Assembly (NCBI GenBank): GCA_964291495.2
Contig: OZ219872.1
Coordinates: forward strand, 736,001 to 800,000
Source: Dehalococcoidia bacterium
Lineage (GTDB): Bacteria > Chloroflexota > Dehalococcoidia > UBA2979
Reading direction: 5' to 3'
DNA: 64,000 bases
The translations under genes and the position numbers were made by a program. Below the pieces are notes generated by a model that worked only from the letters and a program-made list of their open reading frames with translations, did not search any database and was not told the DNA's origin. Shown in pieces: positions 40,054 to 49,489 of this stretch. Numbering within the stretch: the stretch's first letter is position 1; each line of letters opens with the position of its first letter.

Positions 40054-41069
40054 CCGAGCACTTCGAGCTTGAGCAGCTCTTTGGAAAAGTCATCGACGTT
40101 CAGGTCGATCGGATCGTTCCTGATCCAGAGAACCTCCGCGACGTGTTCGATCAGGACGATATCGCCGATCTCGGCCGAAACATGCAAGAAGTCGGCCAGA
40201 TGGACGAGATACTTGTCTTCCCTGTCCTCGAAGACGACGGCGGGTGGAGCGGCAAGTTCGATCTGCACGACGGTGAGCGACGGTGGCGGGCCGCGCGCGA
40301 GGTCGGCATCAAGGAGCTCCGCGCGAAGGTCGAGCCCCGACCCACAAACGAGGAATTGCTTTACAAGAAACTCAGCCGTGTCCTCCAAACACGGACACTC
40401 GATCCCGAGAGCAAAGTGGCGGCGGTGGAAGTCGCCCTGCGAAGGCTAGACCTGCTTGACAAGCCGGACCAGTGGGAATCGTATCGATCGCGCTTCGGTG
40501 GTGGTCAGGAGTGGCCGCAAATAGTTCGGGTGCTCAAGCTTGCCCCGCGCGTCCGAGAGCTGATGGGCGACGGCGTCATCAACTTCACGCTCGGTCAGTC
40601 GATCGGACGATTACCACAGGATCGACAGGAGGAAGCGGCGAGATTCGTAGTAGCGAACAAGATCAATGGTCGTTATTTCTCGACTCAGATCGTGCCATTC
40701 CTCCTCGAGAATCCGAACGCGACGATGGCGCAGGCCTTCGAGCACACCAAGGTGGGCGACTGGCGCCAGTACATCCGGAGCCCATACCAGAAGGGCCAGG
40801 AGCCGCCAGTTAGTGAGCAACTAGAGCGCTTCCTTCAAGCATGCGTCAGTTGGGAGCGCGCCTGGGAGACTGTAGTCCACACCGGACTCGTTCACGAGCT
40901 CGAAGGCAGTGCAGCATACGAGCACCGCATGAAAGACGCCGCCCGCCGCATCGCAGAACGCGCTGTCGCCCTTATGCAGCGAGTCGATCGCCCTCCGCCT
41001 CACGAGCAGAAGGCGCCACGCGAACTGCGCGAGGGGAGCGTGCGGGACTTGCCGCGGCCGCTTGACTGA
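40050..41069 (+). CDS. ParB/Sulfiredoxin N-terminal (CTPase-fold) domain protein
   Basis: IVPDPENLR, DL..M..VGQ, DGERRWRAA. Confidence 0.82.
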   Translation: MTEHFELEQLFGKVIDVQVDRIVPDPENLRDVFDQDDIADLGRNMQEVGQMDEILVFPVLEDDGGWSGKFDLHDGERRWRAAREVGIKELRAKVEPRPTNEELLYKKLSRVLQTRTLDPESKVAAVEVALRRLDLLDKPDQWESYRSRFGGGQEWPQIVRVLKLAPRVRELMGDGVINFTLGQSIGRLPQDRQEEAARFVVANKINGRYFSTQIVPFLLENPNATMAQAFEHTKVGDWRQYIRSPYQKGQEPPVSEQLERFLQACVSWERAWETVVHTGLVHELEGSAAYEHRMKDAARRIAERAVALMQRVDRPPPHEQKAPRELREGSVRDLPRPLD

Positions 41070-41163
41070 GCCCAAGGGGTGTGGCGCCTGCTGCAGCGGA
41101 TGCAGCCTCGCGACGTCGCAGCTACTCGGGAATAGGACACACTAGCTCCGCAGCCCAGGCGGC

Positions 41164-42357
41164 CTACTGCTCCCGGATCAGGAACTCCTCGCGCACCCAC
41201 GAGGTGACGCCCTCGGACTGCACACGCAGCCAGCCGGCGCACCGGCCCACGCCGGTCTCCACCAGCTCGACCCGCGTATCGTCGCGCCAGCCCTCGCCCT
41301 GCTCCGAGACGCGAGCGTCGTCGAGGCAGTCATCGCGCAGCGCGACGCCGCTGCCGCCGGTGTTGCCGATGGTCCACGCCTCCAGCGCGGCCGGTTCGAC
41401 CACCTCGATCAGGAAGCGCTCGCGCACCCAGGACTCGATGCCGCCGGACTCCACGCGCAGCCAGCCCACACAGCGATCCTCGCCGACCTCGAGCAGGCGC
41501 ACCTTCGTGTCGTCGACCCAGCCCTCGCCCGGCTGGGAGCTGCGCGCCGAGTCGAGGCAGTCGCTGCGGCGCGCCACGCCCACGCCCCCGGTGTTGCCGA
41601 CGGTCCACGTGGACGACAGCACCCGCCGGATCAGGTACTCCCGCCGCACCCACGACACCTCGTCCTCGGTCTCGACGTGGAGCCAGCCCTCGCAGCGATC
41701 GGCGCCCTCCTCGATCAGCTCGACCCGCGTGTTGTCGGGCCAGCCCTCGCCGCGCGCCGAGTAGCGCGCCTCGTCGGCGCAGTCGTCGCGTAGCGCCACG
41801 CCGGTGCCGCCGGTGTTGCCGATGGTCCACACCGCGACCGGCTCGGGCGTGGGGACGGGCGGCGGCGGCGGGGTGGCGGTGGGCGAGGGGGTCGCGGTCG
41901 CCGTGCGCGCGGGAGCGGCGGTCGCGGTGGGCGTGGGCGTGGCGGTTGAGGTCGGAACGCTCGTCGCCGCGACAGGGGTCGCGGTCACGGGCGGCGAAGG
42001 CTCCGGGTCATCGCCGCCGAGGCGGTCGAACACGAACGCCGAGACGGCGACGGCAACGACGACGACCGCGACCAGCGCTACGAGGATCCATTGCCAGTTG
42101 CGGCCGCCCTCGGTCCGCTCCCGTTGCCGCGCACGCTCCTCCTGCTGGGCCTGGAGCGGCAGCTCGGCCCGCGAGGTGAGGTGCCAGTAGCCGCAGGCGG
42201 GCTCGCGGTAGGCGCGCAGCAGGACGCGCTCCGCGCGGGCAGCATCCGCGGCGGCCTGCGCTTCTTCCTCGCCTGCGTAGACGATCTTGTCGCAGCGCCG
42301 GCAGCGCGTTCGTCCCTGTCCGTCGCGGTAGGCCGCGCCCCCTCCGGTAAGGCTCAC
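41164..42357 (-). CDS. Membrane-anchored protein: N-terminal Zn-finger-like motif, TM helix, PT linker, three SH3-like repeats
   Basis: CRRC...RAY..PACGYWHLTS; hydrophobic WILVALVAVVVVAVAV; three copies of WT.GNTGG.GVA.R.DC...GW...C.GWL.V...SWVR; start may be 42387. Confidence 0.78.
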   Translation of the reverse strand: MSLTGGGAAYRDGQGRTRCRRCDKIVYAGEEEAQAAADAARAERVLLRAYREPACGYWHLTSRAELPLQAQQEERARQRERTEGGRNWQWILVALVAVVVVAVAVSAFVFDRLGGDDPEPSPPVTATPVAATSVPTSTATPTPTATAAPARTATATPSPTATPPPPPVPTPEPVAVWTIGNTGGTGVALRDDCADEARYSARGEGWPDNTRVELIEEGADRCEGWLHVETEDEVSWVRREYLIRRVLSSTWTVGNTGGVGVARRSDCLDSARSSQPGEGWVDDTKVRLLEVGEDRCVGWLRVESGGIESWVRERFLIEVVEPAALEAWTIGNTGGSGVALRDDCLDDARVSEQGEGWRDDTRVELVETGVGRCAGWLRVQSEGVTSWVREEFLIREQ

Positions 42358-42448
42358 GCCCGGCCACCCCCCAGGCTCGCCGGCCACGCCGGCGCAGGTT
42401 CGCGCCCTCCGATGACGGCGCCGCCGAGCGCAGCGAGTCCCGCCGCGG

Positions 42449-42883
42449 CTACCCCTCGCGCGAGGGGAGCACGACGACGGCCGTGCCCGGCGCGGTCGCC
42501 GCGCCGTCCTGGTTGATCACGTTGATGTCGAAGGTGACGACGTGCTCGCCGTCCTCGACCGTCTTCTCGCTGACCACGCAGCGCGTGGTCAGCACGTCGT
42601 GCTTGTGGTTGATCGCCCGGAACTGCATCGACAGCCCCCGGATCTCGGCCTCGTCGCCGGCCCAGTCCTGGAGGGCGTTGATCACGTACGCCCAGCGCAG
42701 GTTGCCCATCCCGAAGGCGGCGCCCTGCCCGGCGGCCTTGCCGACGTCGTCGTCCATGTGGACGAAGACGAACTCGTCGTTCACGGCGGCGTAGCGATTC
42801 CAGTTCATGAAGTCCGTCTTGCGCTCGAAAGCGGGGATTTCCTGCCCGATCTCGACGTCTTCGTAGTAGACGTTGTTGGCCAC
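42449..42883 (-). CDS. MaoC-like hotdog dehydratase (catalytic-type subunit)
   Basis: YYEDVEIGQE, hydratase motif NDEFVFVHMD; GGAGG RBS before GTG. Confidence 0.85.
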   Translation of the reverse strand: MANNVYYEDVEIGQEIPAFERKTDFMNWNRYAAVNDEFVFVHMDDDVGKAAGQGAAFGMGNLRWAYVINALQDWAGDEAEIRGLSMQFRAINHKHDVLTTRCVVSEKTVEDGEHVVTFDINVINQDGAATAPGTAVVVLPSREG

Positions 42884-42906
42884 GGTTTGGTTCCTCCGAT
42901 CCCCGG

Positions 42907-43407
42907 CTAGTAACGGATGCCGGTCGAGATACGGCGGCGCACCAGCTCGCCGTCCTGGTTGTGCCACTCGATCTCGGTGTAGGTGAAGAGCGTCAAGCCC
43001 AACCGGCCGGTGCGCTCCTCCCAGTGCGAGAGGCGGGTGCGCAAGGTCATCACGTCGCCCGGCCGGATCGGCGCGAACCAGGTGTCGGCCTGCCCGCCGT
43101 TGAGGATGTTCTCGCCCTTCTTGGGCGTCTGCCCCGGCCGCGCGCCCGCCGAAGGCGGCCCGGGCGGCCGGTCGACCGGCCAGGCGAAGGGATTGAAGTC
43201 GCGAGGCGCGATGATCCCGCCCCACTTCGTGCCGCGCGCGTACTCCTCGTCCCAGTAGAGGGGCGGCGGCTTGTCCGGCCAGTAGGTCGCGATCGCCCAC
43301 TTGCGTATGTCGGACTCGGTCACGGGGTGCGACGTCGTTTCGTCGCCCCACACGCCCTTGGCCTGGATCATCTCCTCGGTGACCAGCGTCTCCGGTTCTT
43401 CACTCAT
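42907..43407 (-). CDS. MaoC/FAS1-like dehydratase N-terminal domain subunit
   Basis: DIRKWAIA, YWDEEYA..WGGIIAP, NGGQ, PIRPGD. Confidence 0.85.
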   Translation of the reverse strand: MSEEPETLVTEEMIQAKGVWGDETTSHPVTESDIRKWAIATYWPDKPPPLYWDEEYARGTKWGGIIAPRDFNPFAWPVDRPPGPPSAGARPGQTPKKGENILNGGQADTWFAPIRPGDVMTLRTRLSHWEERTGRLGLTLFTYTEIEWHNQDGELVRRRISTGIRY

Positions 43408-43545
43408 CGTCGTCAGCGCCTCCATCCGTCCGGCACTACGTAGCATATCCCGCGCGCCCGCGCGCGGCTCCCGATCGGGGCGCACAGCATGGCGCGTGCT
43501 ATACATACCCGCGTCCGCCCCCGGAAGCGTGAACGGAGACCGGCC

Positions 43546-44733
43546 ATGGCCGCAGACAACGAGCGCTCGATTCGCGGCAAGGTCGCCGTCGCAGGCGTCG
43601 CCGAGACCACCTACTACAAGCAGAGCCAGGCCGAGGACTCCGAGTTCAAGATGTGCCTGGACGCGATCATCGCCGCCGCCGCGGACGCCGGCATCGAGGT
43701 CTCCGAGCTCGACGGCTTCGCCTCGTACGCCACCGAGCGCAGCATGCCGGACCGCATCGCCACCGCGCTCGGGCTGCCGGAGCACAAGCTCAGCAACCTC
43801 GTCTGGGGCGGCGGCGGGGGTGGCGGATCGGGCGCCGTCGCGAACGGCGCGGCGGCGATCGCCGCCGGCTACGCGGACGCAGTGGTCGTCTACCGCTCGC
43901 TGGCGCAGGGCCAGTTCGGGCGCTTCGGCCAGGCTCGCGGCGGCCCCCGCGCCGAGGGGCCGCTCGGCTACGCACAGCCCTACGGGGTGCTCTCCCCCGC
44001 GCAGCAGTACGCGATGCGCGTGCGGCGCTTCATGCACGAGCACGGCGTGCAGCAGGAGGCGCTCCGCGCCGTCTCGCTCGCCAGCTACCAGCACGCGCAG
44101 CACAACCCGCGCGCCGTGATGAACGGCAGGCCGCTCGACGAGGCGACCTACGACGCCTCACGCTGGATCGTCGAACCGTTCCACCTCTTCGACTGCTGCC
44201 AGGAGAACGACGGCGCCGCCGCGATGATCCTCGTGCCCGCCGAGCGGGCGCGCGACCTCCAGCAGAAGCCCGCCTACATCCTCGGCGCGGCGCAGGGCTC
44301 CGGGCACCGCCAGGCCGCCAGCTGGCACAACGCGCCCGACTACGGGACGGCGAACTTCAAGGCGCTCGCCCCGCGCCTCTACGCGCAGGCCGGCGTCGGC
44401 CCCGAGGACGTCGACGTACTGCAGAGCTACGAGAACTTCACCGGCTGCGTGATGGTCAGCATCGTCGAGCACGGCTTCTGCCGGCCGGACGAGGTGAACG
44501 AGTTCTTCACGCTGGAGAACTTCTCCGCGCCGGACGGGCGGCTGCCGCTCAACACCAGCGGCGGCAACCTCGCCGAGTGCTACATGCACGGCCTGGAGCT
44601 GAACATCGAAGCCGTCCGCCAGATCCGCGGCCACTCGACCCGCCAGATTCCCAACGTCGAGGTCTCGATGGTGACCTCGGGGCCGATGGTGCAACCGGTG
44701 AGCAGCGTGATCCTCGGCAGCGAGCCGGGGTAG
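43546..44733 (+). CDS. Thiolase-superfamily protein, Ltp2/SCP-x-like (probable aldolase)
   Basis: Gly run where the catalytic Cys normally sits; DCCQENDG, SYENFT, NTSGGNLAECYMHG, EAVRQIRG. Confidence 0.85.
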   Translation: MAADNERSIRGKVAVAGVAETTYYKQSQAEDSEFKMCLDAIIAAAADAGIEVSELDGFASYATERSMPDRIATALGLPEHKLSNLVWGGGGGGGSGAVANGAAAIAAGYADAVVVYRSLAQGQFGRFGQARGGPRAEGPLGYAQPYGVLSPAQQYAMRVRRFMHEHGVQQEALRAVSLASYQHAQHNPRAVMNGRPLDEATYDASRWIVEPFHLFDCCQENDGAAAMILVPAERARDLQQKPAYILGAAQGSGHRQAASWHNAPDYGTANFKALAPRLYAQAGVGPEDVDVLQSYENFTGCVMVSIVEHGFCRPDEVNEFFTLENFSAPDGRLPLNTSGGNLAECYMHGLELNIEAVRQIRGHSTRQIPNVEVSMVTSGPMVQPVSSVILGSEPG

Positions 44734-44739
44734 CAGCGC
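44680..44739 (+). repeat. 60-bp direct repeat, left copy (3' end of the thiolase-like gene)
   Basis: Matches 46143-46202 with one mismatch (CAA/CAG). Confidence 0.95.
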
Positions 44740-44912
44740 CCCATACTGGTCGACGGGAATCGAGGCCCTCGAGGCCGCCTCACGCATGCCGCGCGTCACG
44801 AGCTTGCCGGTGGGCGAGTCGCCAGCGTGCTCGGTGATGGAGAGTGCGTCCCATGCTGAGTGGCGACAAGCAGCTTCGCGGTCAGCCTAGCCGGCCAGCA
44901 TCAGCAGTCGAA

Positions 44913-46085
44913 TCAAGGTGATTCACCTTGCGTCAGACTGAGCGCGATCTCGATCACGTCATTGATGTCGAGACGGTCGTCTTCCGCGACGACGGAGTAG
45001 TACATGCGTGTCTCGGCATCGAAGAGCTCGACTACGGGCAGGAAGGCGCCCTCCGCATCCGCCGCTCGTCCGGAGTAGCCCACGATCGCATGACGGCCGT
45101 CAACGATGCGGGCGGCACGACTCCAACCCGATGGGACTTCGGCGGGGTCGGACAGGAGCATGAGCTTCCCGTCGACGCGGCCGTGGTATGTCACTGAGAG
45201 CCGAAGGCCAACTTCCCCATGCTCGTTCACGTATCGAGCAAAGTAGCCGTACAGAGGGTGAATCGGGTCGTCGTACCAGAGAGCACTGTCGATCGTCCAG
45301 CCTTCTGGTACGGCCGCGTCCCGCCACCACGGGTGGACTCCGTCGCATCCTGGCACCTCGCCATCACGCCACAAGATAGGGAGCTTGTAGGAGTAGTCCT
45401 CCGGGTCTACATCACCGTATGCGTCGTCGTCACGACAAGGCAGCTTGGCGACCTCTGCGATGTGATCTGGCAGTACGAAGTCGGGCCAGAACACAGGGCG
45501 TGGTGGCAGAGTCGGAGCGCTTCCACTGGACTTCGGCGTGAGGGGGTAGAGCATCCACACTCCGTGTCTTGCAAGGCTGGTGGGGAACGAGAGATCACGC
45601 GACGGCCAGATGATCTGATGCGTACTCCGCGGCCCCTCCCAAACCACGTACCCGCTACAGTCGGGGGTTCCATCCCGTACGTAGGGGTCGTTGGGCGGAG
45701 CCCAGGTGTATGCCTTCACTCCAAAGTCGCGTACCTGGAACCTGCCCGTCGGAGGAAGGAGCGCGGTTATCGCGTAGCGCGCCCAGCATGAATCCGACTG
45801 CCGCCACTCAACAACATCTCCCACCTTCACCGTATCCAGGAAGGCGGCCAGCGAAGGATCATCCTCGAAGTTGATACGAAGCACCGTGGCCTCGGTGCGC
45901 AACTGGTCATAGGTCCGCGCCACGTTGGGTGAGGAATATATCGAGTCTTCATAGGGCTCAAGCAAGAAAGTGTACTTGCCAGGCCCATTGGCATAACCGT
46001 GCTGGTCGAAGGTACTGTAGTCTTCACCGCCGCCCGATGTGCAGCTAAAGGATGCAAGGAGGAGTATCCACGTCAGCCAAGCCAT
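44913..46085 (-). CDS. Hypothetical secreted protein or lipoprotein
   Basis: Signal-like MAWLTWILLLASFSC; ~390-codon ORF with atypical codons; start may be 46091. Confidence 0.72.
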   Translation of the reverse strand: MAWLTWILLLASFSCTSGGGEDYSTFDQHGYANGPGKYTFLLEPYEDSIYSSPNVARTYDQLRTEATVLRINFEDDPSLAAFLDTVKVGDVVEWRQSDSCWARYAITALLPPTGRFQVRDFGVKAYTWAPPNDPYVRDGTPDCSGYVVWEGPRSTHQIIWPSRDLSFPTSLARHGVWMLYPLTPKSSGSAPTLPPRPVFWPDFVLPDHIAEVAKLPCRDDDAYGDVDPEDYSYKLPILWRDGEVPGCDGVHPWWRDAAVPEGWTIDSALWYDDPIHPLYGYFARYVNEHGEVGLRLSVTYHGRVDGKLMLLSDPAEVPSGWSRAARIVDGRHAIVGYSGRAADAEGAFLPVVELFDAETRMYYSVVAEDDRLDINDVIEIALSLTQGESP

Positions 46086-46142
46086 CCTCATTGAACATCT
46101 CCACTCCCCGCTTGCTCACACACCCCGGAGGTTCGGTGCATC

Positions 46143-46202
46143 GGGCCGATGGTGCAGCCGGTGAGCAGCGTGATCCTCGGCAGCGAGCCGGGGTAGCAGC
46201 GC
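46143..46202 (+). repeat. 60-bp direct repeat, right copy
   Basis: GGGCCGATGGTGCAGCCGGTGAGCAGCGTGATCCTCGGCAGCGAGCCGGGGTAGCAGCGC. Confidence 0.95.
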
Positions 46203-46211
46203 TCCGAGGAA

Positions 46212-47171
46212 CTAGATCGGCGGCAGGCCGTGCCGGGCGCGGAGCTTGCCGATCGTGCTCGCCAGGCCCTCGCGCAGCGTCCAGGCCGGGCGGAAGCCGA
46301 TCTCGCGCTCCGTCCCCTCGCGGTCGTAGCCGGCGCGGATCCGCATCGGCGCGTCGCTGCGCACCTCGATCCGGGCGTCCGGCAGCAGCTCGCGCACCAC
46401 GTCCGCCACGTCGCTCACGCGCACGTCGTCGCCCGTCACCGTGAGCGCGAGCGAGGGCGTGTTCTGCGCGTCGGCGGCGAGCACGATCGCGCGCGCGCAG
46501 TCCTCGACGTAGGAGAAGTCCTGCACGTCATCGCCGTTGGTGACGAGCCCGGGCTGGCCGAGCGCCGGCCTGTCGATCAGCGCGTCCAGGTGCGTGACGG
46601 CGCTGCCTCGCTGCACGGTGAAGGACTTGCCGTAGCCGTAGACGATCGTGAAGCGCAGCCCCACCACGTCCAGCCCTCGATCGCGGCGGTAGGTCGCGGT
46701 GCAGCGCTCGAGGAAGGCCTTGCTCGCCCCGTAGAGGTTGACCGGCGCGTGGTAGTCGTCGTTGCGCACCGTGCCGCCCAGCTCGTCCGGACCGCGCCCG
46801 AAGGCGGCGATCGAGGAGGCCCACACGACCTTCCGCGCGCCGACGGCGAGCGCGGCCTCGAAGGCGTGGAGCGTGCCCTCGAGGTTGACCCGCACGGCGC
46901 GCAGCGGGTTCTCCTCGCTCGAGTCGGTGAGCAGCGAGGCAAGGTGCACCACGCGCTCGGCGCCCGCGTCCTTCATCGCGTGCAGCAGCGCGGGCATGTC
47001 GGTCACGTCGCCGCGCACGATGCTCGCCTCGCCGGCGTCGCCGGCGATCTCGTCGAGGAACTCCTCTTGCGGGGCCAGCTCGAAGATCGTGACCTCGTGC
47101 CCGGCCTGCAGTAGGTCGCGGACGAGGTAGGCGCCGATGAAGCCGGTGCCGCCGGTAACGAAGTAACGCAT
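46212..47171 (-). CDS. NAD-dependent epimerase/dehydratase (extended SDR)
   Basis: VTGGTGFIG, HLA, ASSIAAFG, YGASK, YVED. Confidence 0.9.
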   Translation of the reverse strand: MRYFVTGGTGFIGAYLVRDLLQAGHEVTIFELAPQEEFLDEIAGDAGEASIVRGDVTDMPALLHAMKDAGAERVVHLASLLTDSSEENPLRAVRVNLEGTLHAFEAALAVGARKVVWASSIAAFGRGPDELGGTVRNDDYHAPVNLYGASKAFLERCTATYRRDRGLDVVGLRFTIVYGYGKSFTVQRGSAVTHLDALIDRPALGQPGLVTNGDDVQDFSYVEDCARAIVLAADAQNTPSLALTVTGDDVRVSDVADVVRELLPDARIEVRSDAPMRIRAGYDREGTEREIGFRPAWTLREGLASTIGKLRARHGLPPI

Positions 47172-48358
47172 CAGACCTCCGGACGCAGTTCCGGGTGCTT
47201 GAGACCCGTACCCGTATTGAACAGCACAATCCGCTCGTCGGGCTCGATCGATCCATCGGCCAGCAGCAGCTCGAGCCCGATCAGCGTGGATGCGCCCTCG
47301 GGGCAGGCGTCGATGCCCTCGAGGCGGCCGAAGCGGCGCATCGCCGGGACGATCGCCTCGTCGGGGACCGCGACCGCCGTGCCGCCGCTCTCGCGCAGGG
47401 TTTGCAGGATCAGGTCGTCGGCGAAGGGGGCAGGCACGCGGATGCCGGGCGCGACCGTCGCCGCGTCCTGCCACGGCTCCGCGCGCGCGGCGCCCTCGTT
47501 CCAGGCCCGCACGATCGGCGCGCAGCCGTCGGACTGCACCACGTACATGCGAGGCCGCTCGCTGCCGATCAGCCCCATCGCCTCCAGCTCGCCGAACGCC
47601 TTCCACATCCCGATCAGCCCGGTGCCGCCGCCGGTGGGGTAGAGCACGACCTCCGGCAACACGCCGTCGAGCTGCTCCCACAGCTCGTAGCCCATCGTCT
47701 TCTTGCCCTCGACGCGGTAGGGCTCCTTGAGCGTCGACATCTCGAACCAGCCGTGCTCGCGGCAGCCCTCGGCGATGAGCCGGCCCGCGTCGTTGATCAG
47801 CCCGTCGATGAGCTGGAGGTCGGCCCCGAGGTTGAGCACCTCCTGGATGATGGCGGCCGGCGTGTCGGCCGGCATCGCGACGTGGGCGATGATGCCGCTG
47901 TGCGCGCAGTAGGCGGCGGCGGCGGAGCCGGCGTTGCCGGCGGTCGGCATACCGACGTCCGTGACGCCGAGGCGCTTCGCCATCGCCATCGCGGCGGCGA
48001 TGCCGCGCGCCTTGAACGAACCGGTCGGGTTGCCGCCCTCGTCCTTCACCAGCAGGTCGCCGCAACCCAGCTCCGCGCCCAGCCGCGGCGCCGCCAGCAG
48101 CGGCGTCATGCCCTCGCCGAGGGAGACCGAGCCGGCCAGCTCACTCCCCGGCATCACCTCGGCGTAGCGCCACATCGAGGCCTCGCGCCCGCCCACGCCC
48201 TCGCGCGTCAGCGTCGCCTTCGCGGCGTCGAGGTCGTAGCGCGCGAAGAGCGCGCGCCCGCACTCGCGACAGATCGTCTGCAACTCGTCGCACTCGTGGC
48301 GCGCGCCGCAGATCGAGCACTCCAGGTGCGTGAGCGTGGATGCGGGCAGCTTCGTCAA
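47171..48358 (-). CDS. thrC: Threonine synthase family PLP enzyme
   Basis: CSIC..CREC, SLGEGMTPL, NPTGSFKARG, TAGNAG, EGKKTMGYE, PTGGG, NTGTGLK. Confidence 0.8.
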   Translation of the reverse strand: MTKLPASTLTHLECSICGARHECDELQTICRECGRALFARYDLDAAKATLTREGVGGREASMWRYAEVMPGSELAGSVSLGEGMTPLLAAPRLGAELGCGDLLVKDEGGNPTGSFKARGIAAAMAMAKRLGVTDVGMPTAGNAGSAAAAYCAHSGIIAHVAMPADTPAAIIQEVLNLGADLQLIDGLINDAGRLIAEGCREHGWFEMSTLKEPYRVEGKKTMGYELWEQLDGVLPEVVLYPTGGGTGLIGMWKAFGELEAMGLIGSERPRMYVVQSDGCAPIVRAWNEGAARAEPWQDAATVAPGIRVPAPFADDLILQTLRESGGTAVAVPDEAIVPAMRRFGRLEGIDACPEGASTLIGLELLLADGSIEPDERIVLFNTGTGLKHPELRPEV

Positions 48359-48442
48359 CGTCTCAACCTCCAGGCGGCGACCGTGTCCGGGCGGTGCGCT
48401 AGGCTGCTGCGCAGCGAGTCCCGGGAAAGGACACCCCGCGCC

Positions 48443-49390
48443 GTGAGCGCCGCCGCCGCTGACATCCTAATCAGCGAGTTCATGGACGAGGAAGCCGTCG
48501 CGGCCCTGCGCGGCGACTTCGCCGTGCGCTACGAGCCCGGCCTCGCCCAGTCGCGCGGCGATTTGCTGGCCGCCGCCGCCGCGGTACGCGCGCTGATCGT
48601 GCGCAACGTCACGCAGGTCGATCGCGAGCTGCTCGACGCCGCGCCGACCCTCGAGGTTGTCGGGCGGCTCGGCGTGGGCCTCGACAACATCGACCTCGAC
48701 GCCTGCGCGCAGCGCGGCATCGCGGTCTTCCCCGCGACGGGCGCGAACGCGGTCTCGGTCGCCGAGTACGTGCTGGCGGCCATGCTGCAGCTGTGGCGCC
48801 CCGTCTACGGCGCAACGGCGCGCGTCGCGGCCGGCGAGTGGCCGCGACAGGAACTCGGCGGCCACGAGCTGGCGGGATCGCGGCTCGGCCTGATCGGCCT
48901 CGGCTCCGTCGCGCGGACCGTCGCCGAGCGCGCGAGCGCCCTCGGCATGCAGATCGCCGCGTACGACCCGTACATCCCGTCCGACGACCCGGTCTGGGAG
49001 CAGGCCGAACGCTTCGAGGCGCTTCCGGAGCTGCTGCGGTCGAGCGACGCGGTGAGCATCCACGTCCCGCTCACGGACTCGACACGCGGGCTGATCGACG
49101 GCGAGGCGCTGGCGCTACTGCCCTCGCACGCGTTGCTCGTCAACACCTCGCGCGGCGGGATCGTCGACGAGGCGGCGCTGGTCGCCGCGCTGCGCGCCGG
49201 ACGCCTCGGCGGCGCGGCGCTCGACGTCTTCGCGGACGAGCCGCTCCACGCTGCGGCCGGCGCGCGCTTCGAGGGCGTGCCGAACCTGCTGCTCACGCCG
49301 CACATCGCCGGCATCACGGAGGAGTCGAACCGCCGCGTCTCGCTGGTGACGGCGCGGAACGTGGGCCGCGCGCTGCTCGGCGAGGACTGA
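48443..49390 (+). CDS. D-2-hydroxyacid dehydrogenase, (S)-sulfolactate dehydrogenase SlcC-like
   Basis: ILISEFMD, ALIVRN, GRLGVGLDNID, PATGAN..SVAEY, NTSRGG, TPHIAG.T.ESN. Confidence 0.82.
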   Translation: MSAAAADILISEFMDEEAVAALRGDFAVRYEPGLAQSRGDLLAAAAAVRALIVRNVTQVDRELLDAAPTLEVVGRLGVGLDNIDLDACAQRGIAVFPATGANAVSVAEYVLAAMLQLWRPVYGATARVAAGEWPRQELGGHELAGSRLGLIGLGSVARTVAERASALGMQIAAYDPYIPSDDPVWEQAERFEALPELLRSSDAVSIHVPLTDSTRGLIDGEALALLPSHALLVNTSRGGIVDEAALVAALRAGRLGGAALDVFADEPLHAAAGARFEGVPNLLLTPHIAGITEESNRRVSLVTARNVGRALLGED

Positions 49391-49489
49391 GGCTCGCCCT
49401 CGGCGCGCGCGGCGCACCGGAGCGCGCGTTGGCCCGGAGGTTGATACACTCCCGCCGCTGATCAGCAACGAGACGGGCGAGGAACGGGC

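Larger units (their letters stand above)
44740..46202. mobile_element. Small insertion islet flanked by 60-bp direct repeats
   Basis: Lower-GC single-gene segment between duplicated gene ends; no recombinase encoded. Confidence 0.6.

Noticed and set aside
39144-41163. parS site or chromosome partition locus
   Set aside because: No TGTTTCACGTGAAACA-like site and no parA; short palindromes such as GCGACGTCGC at 41110-41119 are expected by chance
47171-48358. Cysteate synthase
   Set aside because: Tempting next to the SlcC-like gene, but the PLP motif NPTGSFKARG is of the threonine synthase type and there is no positive evidence
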